32,000 bases of DNA from Bdellovibrionales bacterium (GCA_963692945.1 OY843585.1:1020001-1052000); one strand, 5' to 3'; positions 1 to 9,210 are shown, numbered from the stretch's first letter. Notes: a model not told the origin generated them from the sequence alone. Numbers and translations: made by a program.

Positions 1-68
1 ATGTGACTTTAATCATAATAACTTTTATATATAAAAACCCTAAGACTTTCAAGTTTTAGAATAAGTTT

Positions 69-956
69 ATGAAAATCTTAGAAATTAAAAATTTAGTTAA
101 AGATTATGGTTCTCTCAGAGCTGTGAATCAAGCTTCTTTTGATATTGAAGAGGGTGAGGTTTTTGGTCTATTAGGTCCTAATGGAGCTGGAAAAACAACT
201 CTCATTTCTACCATAATGACTTTGGAAGAAATCACAAGTGGTCAAATTCTTGTTGCTGGACATGATGTGCAAAAAGAACCTAGGGTTGCTAAATCTTTAA
301 CCGGTTTTATGCCTCAAGAGCTCATCATTCATGGTTATTTTACGGTGAGAGAAGTGGTTCAATTTTATTCTGGTTTTTGTGGGGTGAAACCTTCTTTTGA
401 AAGAATAGATTACCTACTTAAAAAACTTTCTTTATGGGATCAAAGAAATCATAAAGTGAGAACTTTAAGTGGAGGTATGAAGAGACGGCTTCTAATGGTT
501 AAAGCCTTAGTTCACTCTCCTAAATTACTTTTATTAGATGAACCAACAGCAGGAGTAGATATCAATTTGAGAAACATGATTTGGGATTATGTGAAAGAGT
601 TAAAAAAAGAAGGGCTTTCTATTTTATTCACTACTCACTATCTAGAAGAGGCTGAACAACTTTGTGATAGAGTGGCTTTTATCTATGAAGGAAAAATAAG
701 ACAAATGGGGAAAACAAAAGATCTTATTTCTGATCTTACAGCCCGAAAAGTTTTTATTCATCTTAAAAAACCCTTATCTACCAGTCCTAAATACCATATT
801 GGTAAAGAAAAAGAGTATGATGTGTTTTTACTACCTTATTCGTTAAAAATAGGGGAGTTTATTCAAAGTCTATCCTTAAATATTACAGATATTTTGAATG
901 TGAAAATTAGAGAAGGAAATTTAGAAGATGTCTTTAATAAGGTTTTGGAAGAGTAA
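69..956 (+). CDS. ABC transporter ATP-binding protein (ABC-2 type exporter subunit)
   Basis: Walker A GPNGAGKTT, ABC signature LSGGMKRRL and Walker B LLLLDEP in the translation. The stop overlaps the next start by 1 nt (TAATG). Confidence 0.9.
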   Translation: MKILEIKNLVKDYGSLRAVNQASFDIEEGEVFGLLGPNGAGKTTLISTIMTLEEITSGQILVAGHDVQKEPRVAKSLTGFMPQELIIHGYFTVREVVQFYSGFCGVKPSFERIDYLLKKLSLWDQRNHKVRTLSGGMKRRLLMVKALVHSPKLLLLDEPTAGVDINLRNMIWDYVKELKKEGLSILFTTHYLEEAEQLCDRVAFIYEGKIRQMGKTKDLISDLTARKVFIHLKKPLSTSPKYHIGKEKEYDVFLLPYSLKIGEFIQSLSLNITDILNVKIREGNLEDVFNKVLEE

Positions 957-1753
957 TGGTTAAAAGAGATTTAAATTGGACGCCTTTTTTATTTTTTCTT
1001 TATAGAGATATAAAGCGATTTTATAAAGTTAAGGTTCAAACTATTTTTACACCTTTAATCACTCAAAGTCTTTATCTTGTCATTTTTGGTATTAGCCTTG
1101 GTAAAGTTGTTAGAATCAGTGAGCATTTTTCTTATTTAGAATTTATTATTCCAGGATTGATTTCTTTAGCAGCAATCAATCAATCTTTTCAAAATGGTTC
1201 TAGTTCTATTTTTGTCATGAAAATAACAGGGGAAATTATAGATATTAAAAGCACGGCTTTAAGTGTTCAACAAATTATTTTTGGTGTAGCCCTATCTGGT
1301 CTTTTAAGAGGAGTTATTGTCAGCCTTTTAACTTTATTTGTGGGAGAACTTTTTCATTATTTTTATGAAGGCTCTTGGTTGATTGTTTCTAATATCTATT
1401 GGCTTATGGTTTTTATTTGTTTATCCAGTTTTTCTTTTGCTATGGTTGGTTTGTCTATAGGCATAATATCTAAAAGTTTTGATCAAATTGGAGCCATCAG
1501 TGGTTTTATTATTGTTCCTCTTATTTATCTAGGGGGAGTGTTTTTTGATCTAGATAAGCTTTCTATTTTTTGGCAAAAACTTTCTATGTTCAATCCACTC
1601 TTTTATTTTGTGAATGGAATCAGATATAGTTTTCTAGGAATATCTGATGTGCCTGTTATTCAATCTTTCGTTTTTTCTTTATTAAGTCTTGGATTAACTT
1701 ACTTTGTTGCATATATCAGTGTTTCAAAGGGTTCCTTTCAGCGGTCCATTTAA
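956..1753 (+). CDS. ABC-2 family transporter permease
   Basis: 265-aa protein with multiple hydrophobic spans, translationally coupled to the upstream ATPase. Confidence 0.8.
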   Translation: MVKRDLNWTPFLFFLYRDIKRFYKVKVQTIFTPLITQSLYLVIFGISLGKVVRISEHFSYLEFIIPGLISLAAINQSFQNGSSSIFVMKITGEIIDIKSTALSVQQIIFGVALSGLLRGVIVSLLTLFVGELFHYFYEGSWLIVSNIYWLMVFICLSSFSFAMVGLSIGIISKSFDQIGAISGFIIVPLIYLGGVFFDLDKLSIFWQKLSMFNPLFYFVNGIRYSFLGISDVPVIQSFVFSLLSLGLTYFVAYISVSKGSFQRSI

Positions 1754-1823
1754 TTTTTAAAAAAGTAAAAAAAATCTTGAAAAGCAAACAATAAGCATAT
1801 ACATAGTCTTAGGAGAGATTTTT

Positions 1824-2075
1824 ATGGTAGTAATAAGGTTATCTAGAGTGGGTTCAACTCATAACCCAAAATATAGAGTGACAGTAGCAGATTCTAGAAA
1901 ATCAGCTAAAGGTCGTTTTATTGATCAAATAGGTTATTATGACCCTTTGCAAGATAAAAAAATTACTATCAATAAAGACAAATATGAAAGTTGGTTGCAA
2001 AAGGGAGCTCAAGCTAGTTTGACTGTGAAAAATCTCTTTTCAAAATTTAATAAACAAAATACAAAAGGAGTATAA
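1824..2075 (+). CDS. rpsP: 30S ribosomal protein S16
   Basis: N-terminus MVVIRLSRVGSTHNPKYRV is typical of S16. AGGAG sits upstream of the ATG, and the gene heads the conserved rpsP-rimM-trmD-rplS operon. Confidence 0.95.
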   Translation: MVVIRLSRVGSTHNPKYRVTVADSRKSAKGRFIDQIGYYDPLQDKKITINKDKYESWLQKGAQASLTVKNLFSKFNKQNTKGV

Positions 2076-2076
2076 A

Positions 2077-2328
2077 GTGAGTACAGAAATAAAAGACCTC
2101 GTTACAGATCTAATAAAAGGTTTAGTGAATGAGCCTGACGAAGTGGAAGTTACAGAAAACGAAGGTGATAAGACTCTTGTTTTTGAAGCTAAAGTAGCTA
2201 AAGAAGATATGGGAAAAGTCATTGGTAAAAAAGGTAAAACTATAGAAGCGATCAAAACTATTGTTGTAGCCTGTGGTGCTAAACAGAAGAAACGTTGTAT
2301 ATTTCAAATAATTGACGAAGAGAATTGA
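2077..2328 (+). CDS. KH-domain RNA-binding protein (YlqC/UPF0109 family)
   Basis: GKVIGKKGKTIEAIKTIV matches the KH GxxG motif. It has a GTG start 1 nt after the rpsP stop and the conserved position between rpsP and rimM. Confidence 0.85.
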   Translation: MSTEIKDLVTDLIKGLVNEPDEVEVTENEGDKTLVFEAKVAKEDMGKVIGKKGKTIEAIKTIVVACGAKQKKRCIFQIIDEEN

Positions 2329-2851
2329 TAGTAAAGAGCCTGCCTTAAAAGTAGGAATTGTATCAAAGCCCCATGGAATTAAGGGGGATCTTTTTATACA
2401 ACCTTTTAATAAGCTTTCATCTTGGCCAAAAAACTTGGATATTATTTTAATTGGTAAAGATTTTACTTCTTTTGAAGTTGAATCTTATCAATCTCATAAA
2501 ACAGGATTTCTTTTTAAATTAAAAACTATAAACCATATTGATCAAAGTGAACCTTTAAAAGGTGAATTTGTTTACCTATATAAAAATATTTTTTTTAGTC
2601 AAAAAGATGAATCCATTTACTTATCTGAACTTCTAGGCTTTCAAATAGAAGTTTTAAATAAAAACTTAGTGGGGGTTATAAATTCATTTAAATCTACAAA
2701 ATTTCAAGATTATCTTCTTGTGGATACTTCTCATTCTAAAGAATCTCTTACCATTCCTTTTGTTCAAGATTATATTCAAAAGATTGATTTTCTTCAAAAA
2801 AAAATTTTGTTAGATCTTCCTGAAGATTTTTTAGAGATTTTTAATGATTAA
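2312..2851 (+). CDS. rimM: 16S rRNA processing protein RimM
   Basis: The KVGIVSKPHGIKGDLFIQPF N-terminal motif and the operon context. Confidence 0.85.
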   Translation: MTKRIDSKEPALKVGIVSKPHGIKGDLFIQPFNKLSSWPKNLDIILIGKDFTSFEVESYQSHKTGFLFKLKTINHIDQSEPLKGEFVYLYKNIFFSQKDESIYLSELLGFQIEVLNKNLVGVINSFKSTKFQDYLLVDTSHSKESLTIPFVQDYIQKIDFLQKKILLDLPEDFLEIFND

Positions 2852-3635
2852 ATTTCAAATTCTAAGTCTTTTTCCAAATTACTTTCAATCTACTTTAGAA
2901 GAAGGGCTTGTAGCTAAAGCCATTAAAAATAAACTGATAGAGATTCATCTGATCAATCCTAGAGATTTTTCTAAAGATAAGGCAAGAAGAGTTGATGATT
3001 ATCCTTTTGGAGGTGGGGATAGTATGATTATGAGTTACCAACCTCTTGAAAGCTCTTTAAATTCATTAGAAGATAAAGGGCGAGTTGTTTTTTTAACCCC
3101 TTCAGGAAAGTTATGGGATCATGAAAAAACAAAAAATTATGCTAAAAACTATAAAACTCTAACACTGATTTGTGGTCGTTATGGAGGAATAGATCAGAGG
3201 TTTATTAAAGACTATGTGGATGAAGAGGTGTCTATTGGAGATTATGTATTAAATGGTGGAGAAGTGGCTTGTTTGGTTTTGTTAGAAAGTCTATTTCGTT
3301 TTATCCCTGGAAGTTTAGGAAATGAAAAATCCTCAATGGAGGAGAGTTTTGAAAAAGAAGGTCTTTTAGAATGTCCTCAGTGGACAAGACCTCAAGATAT
3401 AGGTTTTAGCTCTATTCCAAAAGTTATACTGAGTGGAAATCATCAATCTATAAAACAATTTAGATACTACAGTTCCCTTGTTATCACTTCTATAAAAAGA
3501 CCAGATTTATTGAAAAAAAATAAAAAATTATTAAAAGAATTACCTATAGCTCAAAAAGAACTAGCTCAACTTTCTTTGGAAGATCTTCAATCCTTAAATC
3601 TTCATCCTAGAGACCTAAAACTCGTCTTGACCTGA
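2844..3635 (+). CDS. trmD: tRNA (guanine37-N1)-methyltransferase
   Basis: ICGRYGGIDQRF and SIGDYVLNGGE motifs. It overlaps the rimM end by 8 nt. Confidence 0.93.
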   Translation: MIKFQILSLFPNYFQSTLEEGLVAKAIKNKLIEIHLINPRDFSKDKARRVDDYPFGGGDSMIMSYQPLESSLNSLEDKGRVVFLTPSGKLWDHEKTKNYAKNYKTLTLICGRYGGIDQRFIKDYVDEEVSIGDYVLNGGEVACLVLLESLFRFIPGSLGNEKSSMEESFEKEGLLECPQWTRPQDIGFSSIPKVILSGNHQSIKQFRYYSSLVITSIKRPDLLKKNKKLLKELPIAQKELAQLSLEDLQSLNLHPRDLKLVLT

Positions 3636-3664
3636 TAAAAAGCCAATGGTAGGACTTAGATCTT

Positions 3665-4090
3665 ATGGATAAAGTTCGTGAAATCATTTTAAAAAGACAT
3701 CCCATTAAAAACTTCTCTGTTTCAGTAGGAGATACGGCAAAGGTATCTATAAAAGTGAAAGAGGGGAGTAAGGAAAGGATTCAGATTTTTGAAGGTGTTG
3801 TCCTTAAAATCCAAGGAAAGGATTTTGATAAGTCCTTAACAGTTCGTAAAATATCTAATGGGGTAGGGGTGGAAAAAACAATTCCTTTCTCTAGTCCTAA
3901 TGTTACAAATATAGAAGTTGTTTCTAAGGCCAAAGTCAGACGCGCTAGGCTTTTTTATCTTCGTGATCTTAGGGGGCGAGCGGCTCGTTTAAATAGTAAA
4001 AAATTTCAAAATCTTAAACCAGTTATAGATCAAGTGGATGTAAAAACTTCTGATGAAGCATCATCTAATCCACCAACTGAAAAAAACTAA
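3665..4090 (+). CDS. rplS: 50S ribosomal protein L19 (with a short acidic/polar C-terminal extension)
   Basis: The [11 protein letters not shown]...[20 protein letters not shown] core is typical of L19. Confidence 0.95.
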   Translation: MDKVREIILKRHPIKNFSVSVGDTAKVSIKVKEGSKERIQIFEGVVLKIQGKDFDKSLTVRKISNGVGVEKTIPFSSPNVTNIEVVSKAKVRRARLFYLRDLRGRAARLNSKKFQNLKPVIDQVDVKTSDEASSNPPTEKN

Positions 4091-4430
4091 TTTTTTGTTT
4101 TGAATTTACTGTTGCTAGGAATAAGCAAAAATCTCCTTTAAATTCTTCAGATAGCATGGAGCCTACTTTTTGTAATCTCCTTTTTTGTTTTAAATTTAGA
4201 ATTTTTTCCAAGATAAAATAATGATTTAAAGACTTAACCTCTACTAAAATATGAAGATTTTTCTTTTTTGCAATAAGATCAATTTCAACTCCAAAAAAAC
4301 GGTTATTTCTACAAACAATTTCCCAGCCCTTTTTTTCTAAATAATCACTAACTAAGGTTTCATTGATATGACCTTTAGAGGAATTCTTTAACCCCTGAGA
4401 AACTTTTTCTATGGATGTAACAGGGTCCAT
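4065..4430 (-). CDS. yraN: YraN family (UPF0102) endonuclease-like protein; start uncertain
   Basis: [21 protein letters not shown] matches the YraN core. The 148-aa track ORF overlaps rnhB by 137 nt, so I use the internal Met (MDPVTS...) at 4430. The true start could be further downstream. Confidence 0.7.
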   Translation of the reverse strand: MDPVTSIEKVSQGLKNSSKGHINETLVSDYLEKKGWEIVCRNNRFFGVEIDLIAKKKNLHILVEVKSLNHYFILEKILNLKQKRRLQKVGSMLSEEFKGDFCLFLATVNSKQKISFFQLVD

Positions 4431-4965
4431 ATTCTTGGATGGCTTTTTTATGTTGTTTTGTCGCATAACCTTTATGTTTTTCAAATCCATATTCTGGATA
4501 TTTTTTTCCATAGGAGAGTAGAATCTTATCTCTTTCTGTTTTGGCCATAATTCCTGCTGCCATAATAGGAAGAGCTCTTCTGTCTCCTTTCACAAGGGCT
4601 GTTTGACTAAATTGAGGAAAAGATGGAATGGTAAACTTTCCGTCAATGAGTAAACGCCCTGATGACACCTTTAAATTTTCAACAGCCCTTTTCATAGCTA
4701 AAAGACTAGCTTGATGTATATTTAAAGTTTCAATCTCTTTAACACTTGCAATTCCTATGCCAAAAATATGGTTCTTTTTGATTTCTTTGGCTAAATTTTC
4801 TCTTTGTTGAGCTGATAAAAGCTTTGAATCTTGAAATGGTTGGGAAAAATTTAAAATAACAGCACCGGCAAAAACAGGTCCAGCTAGACAGCCCCTCCCA
4901 GCTTCATCTACACCAATAATGGGTTGAGGGGAAAGTTTGAGATAATCAACGAGTTCATATTTCAT
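4375..4965 (-). CDS. rnhB: Ribonuclease HII
   Basis: The GVDEAGRGCLAGPV catalytic motif at the N-terminus, and a 196-aa length. Confidence 0.93.
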   Translation of the reverse strand: MKYELVDYLKLSPQPIIGVDEAGRGCLAGPVFAGAVILNFSQPFQDSKLLSAQQRENLAKEIKKNHIFGIGIASVKEIETLNIHQASLLAMKRAVENLKVSSGRLLIDGKFTIPSFPQFSQTALVKGDRRALPIMAAGIMAKTERDKILLSYGKKYPEYGFEKHKGYATKQHKKAIQEYGPCYIHRKSFSGVKEFL

Positions 4966-5001
4966 TATTTTTTAAATTTCAGTCTGAGTTATCAGTTGCA
5001 T

Positions 5002-5478
5002 TTAATTTTTTAAGCCGCTCTTGGCTCCATATAGTTTTAAAATAGATATAACCTCATCTGATTTTTTCCCACGATAAGCGTAATCAAGAGGTGTAGATTT
5101 TTCATGAGTCATAGCATTGACATCCGCTCCTTGTTGGATAATAAATTCTATAATCTCTGAAGACCGACTAAAATAGGCTGCATAGTGAAGAGGAGTTTCT
5201 TTGGAAAGAGTTTTTGCATGTATGTCTGCACCGTTTGCAATAAGAATTTTTAGAACTTGTAAAGTGCTTAGATTTCCCCACTTCTCACTAGTAAGGCTAT
5301 AATGAAGAAGAGTGATTCCACCTCTATATGTTTTGTTTACATTTTTATCAGAGAAACCTATATTTTCTATATTAAGTAAAACAGTTTTAGGAAAGAGATA
5401 ATTATCAACGGTGTGATTTGTAGCAGAGACATAACTTATATGAAATAGTAAAATAAAAATAGTAACTAAATATTTCAT
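5002..5478 (-). CDS. Secreted ankyrin-repeat protein
   Basis: N-terminal signal peptide MKYLVTIFILLFHISYVSA. Ankyrin consensus stretches follow: GITLLHYS..., LKILIANGADIHAK, TPLHYAA, IIQQGADVNA, STPLDYA. Confidence 0.85.
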   Translation of the reverse strand: MKYLVTIFILLFHISYVSATNHTVDNYLFPKTVLLNIENIGFSDKNVNKTYRGGITLLHYSLTSEKWGNLSTLQVLKILIANGADIHAKTLSKETPLHYAAYFSRSSEIIEFIIQQGADVNAMTHEKSTPLDYAYRGKKSDEVISILKLYGAKSGLKN

Positions 5479-5523
5479 AAACTTTCCTTTTTTATTGATA
5501 ATATAAAATAGAAATCAGTTTAA

Positions 5524-6126
5524 TTACAATATGTTTTTTTGAACTAAATCGGCTTGGCATGTATACATTCCCCAAAAAAAATATCCAAACATTTTAAGAG
5601 ATTTATTTTCTGCATCGGATCGAACCCATGCAAAAAAAGAAGGTGATTCTGGCGATTTTTTATCAGCTTCTATATTCATATAATGAAAATCATTTGTTTC
5701 TTTTAGTCTGTGATTTTCATCAACTTTAAATCTTTCTATTTGAATAGACCTATGTTGTTCACTATGGAAATCCTGACTTACAGAGGGGTTATCAATTTCA
5801 TTTTCAACCATAGATCCAAAAGATAAATTCATGTAATAATCGTTTTCAACTTTTTTAATATAGACATTGATTTTAGAACCAAAAGGAAATGAGTGTACAT
5901 AGTAAGTGTCACAAACGCCATAGTAATAGCTATTTGAAAAATCAAATTTCATTTTCTGTCCTTTTTTGTAATCATCAAGAACTTTTAGAGAACGAGGACT
6001 GCATTCTTGTTTTTCATAGCATAAAGTCTGAAAGTGTCTTTGTGTAGCCATATTATTTGCTAGAGTTTGAAAAGAAGTTAGGTAGAAAAAAAGAGATATA
6101 AAGAAAAGGATAAGGAATGATTTCAT
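5524..6126 (-). CDS. Hypothetical secreted protein
   Basis: Long open frame in an AT-rich background. The internal Met at 6126 gives signal peptide MKSFLILFFISLFFYLTSFQTLA. No recognisable domain. Confidence 0.5.
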   Translation of the reverse strand: MKSFLILFFISLFFYLTSFQTLANNMATQRHFQTLCYEKQECSPRSLKVLDDYKKGQKMKFDFSNSYYYGVCDTYYVHSFPFGSKINVYIKKVENDYYMNLSFGSMVENEIDNPSVSQDFHSEQHRSIQIERFKVDENHRLKETNDFHYMNIEADKKSPESPSFFAWVRSDAENKSLKMFGYFFWGMYTCQADLVQKNIL

Positions 6127-6259
6127 GGTTTTTATTATATATTTAGAAAGAGGAAACATCTAGAATTTTTTGGTAAAAAGGGTAAAAAGATATAAGGTAT
6201 CAATATAACTAGATATTTTAATGTAAAATTTTCATTTTTGAGAATGGATAGACTGATTT

Positions 6260-8287
6260 TTATTGGAAAACTTCTTCTAAATTTTTTAAGACTTTTTGTT
6301 TAAAAAGAAAATTAGATAAAAGTTTTGTTTGATTTTTTCCTTTATAGAGAATGTAAAAAGGGATGCCACTTTGTCCATAAGAATTTAAAAATCTTGTAAT
6401 GTAAGGATTTCTATTTGTCCAATCTCCATAGTAAAGTTTGACATTATTGGTTTTGAATAAATGTTTCACTTTATCATCATTAAAAATGCGTTCATTGATT
6501 TTACAAGTGAGGCACCATTCAGCACCTATGGATACAAAGACATTATATCCATTCTCTCTATCTTTTTCTATTTGCTCTTTTGAAAAGGATCGCCAAGGCA
6601 ATCCTTTTGTATGAGCTATTGGTAAAATGTGTTTTTTTCTTCTTTGACTATCTATAGATTGATTGAAGTTCCATTGAAAAAAAAGAATAGAACTTATGAG
6701 AAGAACTGAAAATGAAAGAATAGCTTTTTGTAAGTAAGACTTTTTCATTTTATTTTGAATCCAAATAATCAAACCTACTAAAGGAAATATAAAAAGAGTG
6801 ATGAGGAAAACTTGAAAGTCTAATTGATTAAAAATAAGATAAATAAACCATATCACTGTAAGAAAAAGAGGAATGGATAAAAAAGATTTTAATCGATCCA
6901 TCCATTTTTTAGGAGTGGGAATGTACTTAAATAATTTAGGGAAGAAAGAAAGAAAAATATAAGGGAAACTTAAACCTAAACCTAAGAAGAAAAAGATTAT
7001 AAAAATTTCAAAAGCATTTCTAGAAAAAGCAAATCCTACGGCAGAAGCCATAAAAGGAACAGTGCAAGGGGAGGCTGCTGTAGTGGAAAGAACTCCTGTT
7101 ATAAAATGAGAAAAAGCTTTTTCGTTTTGAAAATTAACAGATACATTTGGAAGAGAGATAGTAAAAAGATTGAGAAGATAAAAAGCCATGCAAATAAATA
7201 AGATAGAAAGCAATGTAACAAATAAAGGAGATTGAAGATGAAAGCCCCAACCTATAGATTCTCCTGCTTTTTTTGAAATAAAGATGAAAAAAGCAAGAGC
7301 TAAAAAAGATAAAATAACACCCATAACATAACTTAAATTAAGTTTAATGATTTGTTTTTTAGATTGATGAGCTAGTTCTAAAGTGTTGTAAAATTTTAGA
7401 AAAATAATAGGTAACACACAAGGCATGATATTTAAAAGAAGTCCACCTAGAAAAGCCATGAGAATAAACCAAAAAAGTCCAAAGGATTTTTTTTCATAAG
7501 AACTAAAAAGAGAGGCAGAAAGAGTGTCTTGTTTTTTATAAGATAATAATCCTGATATTAAAGGTAGGGAAGAAGATGTTTTTTTTACTTTAAAAGAGCA
7601 AGAGTTTTGAGTTTGATACAATAAACTTGGATCATTAGAAGAAAAGTCTTCTATAGAGTTTGGAAATAAATCTAAACATTCAAGATGTTCTTGAAATTTA
7701 AAATGAATAAATAAAGAAGAATCCTTTTGTTCAAAGTGACTTTTTATATTTAAATTTTTTATTTCATATTTCTTCCATTTTTCAAATATATTGTTATAAA
7801 AATTTTGAATTACAAATCTATCAGCAATTTTTAAATTGAGATAGAGGGTTTCTTTTTTAGAAATACAAATATCTTTACAAATAAAAAAATCTAACTCCAG
7901 AGAAATTGGAATTTTTGTTTTGGAGTAATGTTTATCAATAAAAAGTTCAAAAGGTATTAGAGCCTCTTTTTTATAGATAAAACTAGAGTATTGTTTTTCT
8001 CCAATTTTATAGGAGTAACGTTCTGGGCGAGGGAAGGGTTTAGAGGAAATGGTTGTATGTTCTGGGAGATTCCAGTCTGCTTTTAACACTTTTCCAAAAT
8101 CACCAGGGTAAGACCAGTAGGTGTACCATGTGGGTTTGAGTTGAATCCATAAACCAATAGGAATGGGCTGTCCTTTTTCTACTTCCTCAAAAGGAGTTAT
8201 AAGTTCTATTTGGTAGGGGTTTCTATCTGCCAATAAAGGATGAGAGAAAAATAAAAGAACAAGTGTATAAAAAATAAAATGTTTCAT
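6260..8287 (-). CDS. dsbD: Thiol:disulfide interchange protein DsbD/ScsB-like
   Basis: Signal peptide, an N-terminal domain with CKDIC, and a membrane core with the paired motifs MPCVLPI and ASPCTVPF. The C-terminal thioredoxin fold carries WCLTC. Confidence 0.85.
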   Translation of the reverse strand: MKHFIFYTLVLLFFSHPLLADRNPYQIELITPFEEVEKGQPIPIGLWIQLKPTWYTYWSYPGDFGKVLKADWNLPEHTTISSKPFPRPERYSYKIGEKQYSSFIYKKEALIPFELFIDKHYSKTKIPISLELDFFICKDICISKKETLYLNLKIADRFVIQNFYNNIFEKWKKYEIKNLNIKSHFEQKDSSLFIHFKFQEHLECLDLFPNSIEDFSSNDPSLLYQTQNSCSFKVKKTSSSLPLISGLLSYKKQDTLSASLFSSYEKKSFGLFWFILMAFLGGLLLNIMPCVLPIIFLKFYNTLELAHQSKKQIIKLNLSYVMGVILSFLALAFFIFISKKAGESIGWGFHLQSPLFVTLLSILFICMAFYLLNLFTISLPNVSVNFQNEKAFSHFITGVLSTTAASPCTVPFMASAVGFAFSRNAFEIFIIFFFLGLGLSFPYIFLSFFPKLFKYIPTPKKWMDRLKSFLSIPLFLTVIWFIYLIFNQLDFQVFLITLFIFPLVGLIIWIQNKMKKSYLQKAILSFSVLLISSILFFQWNFNQSIDSQRRKKHILPIAHTKGLPWRSFSKEQIEKDRENGYNVFVSIGAEWCLTCKINERIFNDDKVKHLFKTNNVKLYYGDWTNRNPYITRFLNSYGQSGIPFYILYKGKNQTKLLSNFLFKQKVLKNLEEVFQ

Positions 8288-8363
8288 AATATAGGATCTT
8301 TATATAAATGAAATTATTACATAAAACATTCTATTATGACCACTGAGAGTTCTAGAAATGTTA

Positions 8364-8392
8364 TTGACAGTATCTAAATTCTTATGATAGCT
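8364..8392 (+). promoter_or_regulatory. Possible sigma70-type promoter for tRNA-fMet
   Basis: TTGACA at 8364-8369. Several weak -10 candidates (ATAGCT/TAGCTA/TATGAT) lie 14-18 nt downstream, about 15 nt before the tRNA. Confidence 0.35.
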
Positions 8393-8404
8393 AATGGTCT
8401 CTGA

Positions 8405-8481
<77 letters not shown>

Positions 8482-8513
8482 TTTTACACGGAAAAACAAA
8501 TATTTACTAAATT

Positions 8514-8548
8514 AAAAAAAGGGGAAGCGAATGCTTTCCATTTTTTTT
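8514..8548 (+). terminator. Putative bidirectional intrinsic terminator after tRNA-fMet
   Basis: An A7 run, an imperfect hairpin GGAAGC-GAAT-GCTTTCC, then a T8 run. Confidence 0.45.
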
Positions 8549-8720
8549 AATTTATTGCTGCTTTAAATAGGTAGAGGTTGAGGATTTGAAACGAAGGAAC
8601 GACCTGTGTTACTTGCGACTTTAGGAGCAGGTGATGCAGGGAAGAAAAACAAGATGTTTTTCTTAGTGACTGAGGTGAGCCTACGCAATGAGTGAGCTGG
8701 ATGCGAACAAATATAGTAGG

Positions 8721-8748
8721 CAAATCCTGCCTCCGCAACCATTTTACA
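8721..8748 (+). repeat. 28-bp perfect direct copy of the tRNA-fMet 3' end plus 7 trailing nt (att-like scar)
   Basis: CAAATCCTGCCTCCGCAACCATTTTACA occurs at 8461-8488 and again at 8721-8748. Confidence 0.85.
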
Positions 8749-9092
8749 AAACTCTCGTTCTTCCCTTTTTACTTTTTGAGCTTTCATCGTAAGAGGGACA
8801 CTCTTCAACCTCAAAAAGTAAAAAGGGTATTCCTAGAGAAAAACTGCTGTTTTTCACATGGGGGGACACTCTTCAAATCTCGTTAAAATAAGAGTTACTT
8901 AATAGGTTTATTATTTGAACGAGAGAAAACCTACTGGTTTTCGCATGGGTGAACACTCTTCAAATCTCGTTAAAATAAGAGTTACTTAATAGGTTTATTA
9001 TTTGAACGAGAGAAAACCTACTGTTTTTCGTATCAGGGGCGTTCTTCAAGGTTAGAAAACAAGTAGAGTAGGGGAAGAACTAGAGTTTTGTA
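8745..9092 (+). repeat. Composite hairpin-module repeat element with terminal inverted repeats (four ~87-bp units)
   Basis: TACAAAACTCTCGTTC (8745-8760) is complementary to GAACTAGAGTTTTGTA (9077-9092) at 15 of 16 positions. Units start near 8745, 8831, 8917 and 9004. A partial fifth unit follows to about 9125. Confidence 0.75.
8866..9023 (+). repeat. Tandem duplication, 87-bp period, 71-bp perfect block
   Basis: 8866-8936 is identical to 8953-9023 (ACACTCTTCAAATCTCGTTAAAATAAGAGTTACTTAATAGGTTTATTATTTGAACGAGAGAAAACCTACTG). Confidence 0.9.
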
Positions 9093-9210
9093 ATTTGAAC
9101 GAGAGAAAAGCTTCATTTTTATGACAAATCCTATAAAAAATATAAAAAAATAAAGTTGACTTTATTTCTCTATAAAAATAAGAATAACTATTAAAAATAA
9201 AGGAGGTAGT

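Noticed and set aside
2040-2307. Antisense ORFs 2040-2255 and 2122-2307. Similar shadow ORFs: 10224-10421, 16516-16770, 19088-19282, 20729-20929, 23444-23653, 23522-23722, 28253-28516, 30136-30345, 31712-31912
   Set aside because: All lie inside or antisense to confidently identified genes. They have low-complexity Phe/Ile/Lys-rich translations and lack RBS signals, so they are typical shadow ORFs.
4431-4511. Extended N-terminus of the yraN ORF (track start 4511) overlapping rnhB by 137 nt
   Set aside because: Such a long same-strand overlap is implausible. The YraN homology starts well downstream, so an internal start was used.
8489-8748. tmRNA (ssrA) or two-piece tmRNA, because the segment is GC-richer and ends in a tRNA-like ...CCGCAACCA terminus
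   Set aside because: The 3' end is an exact copy of the tRNA-fMet end, not an alanine-type acceptor (no G3:U70 context). There is no complementary 5' acceptor strand. No tag reading frame ends in a hydrophobic ...AA stop. The length is far too short.
8745-9125. CRISPR array
   Set aside because: The ~87-bp units are homologous along nearly their whole length, so there are no unique spacers. The repeats are internally palindromic and bounded by terminal inverted repeats. No cas genes are present in the window.
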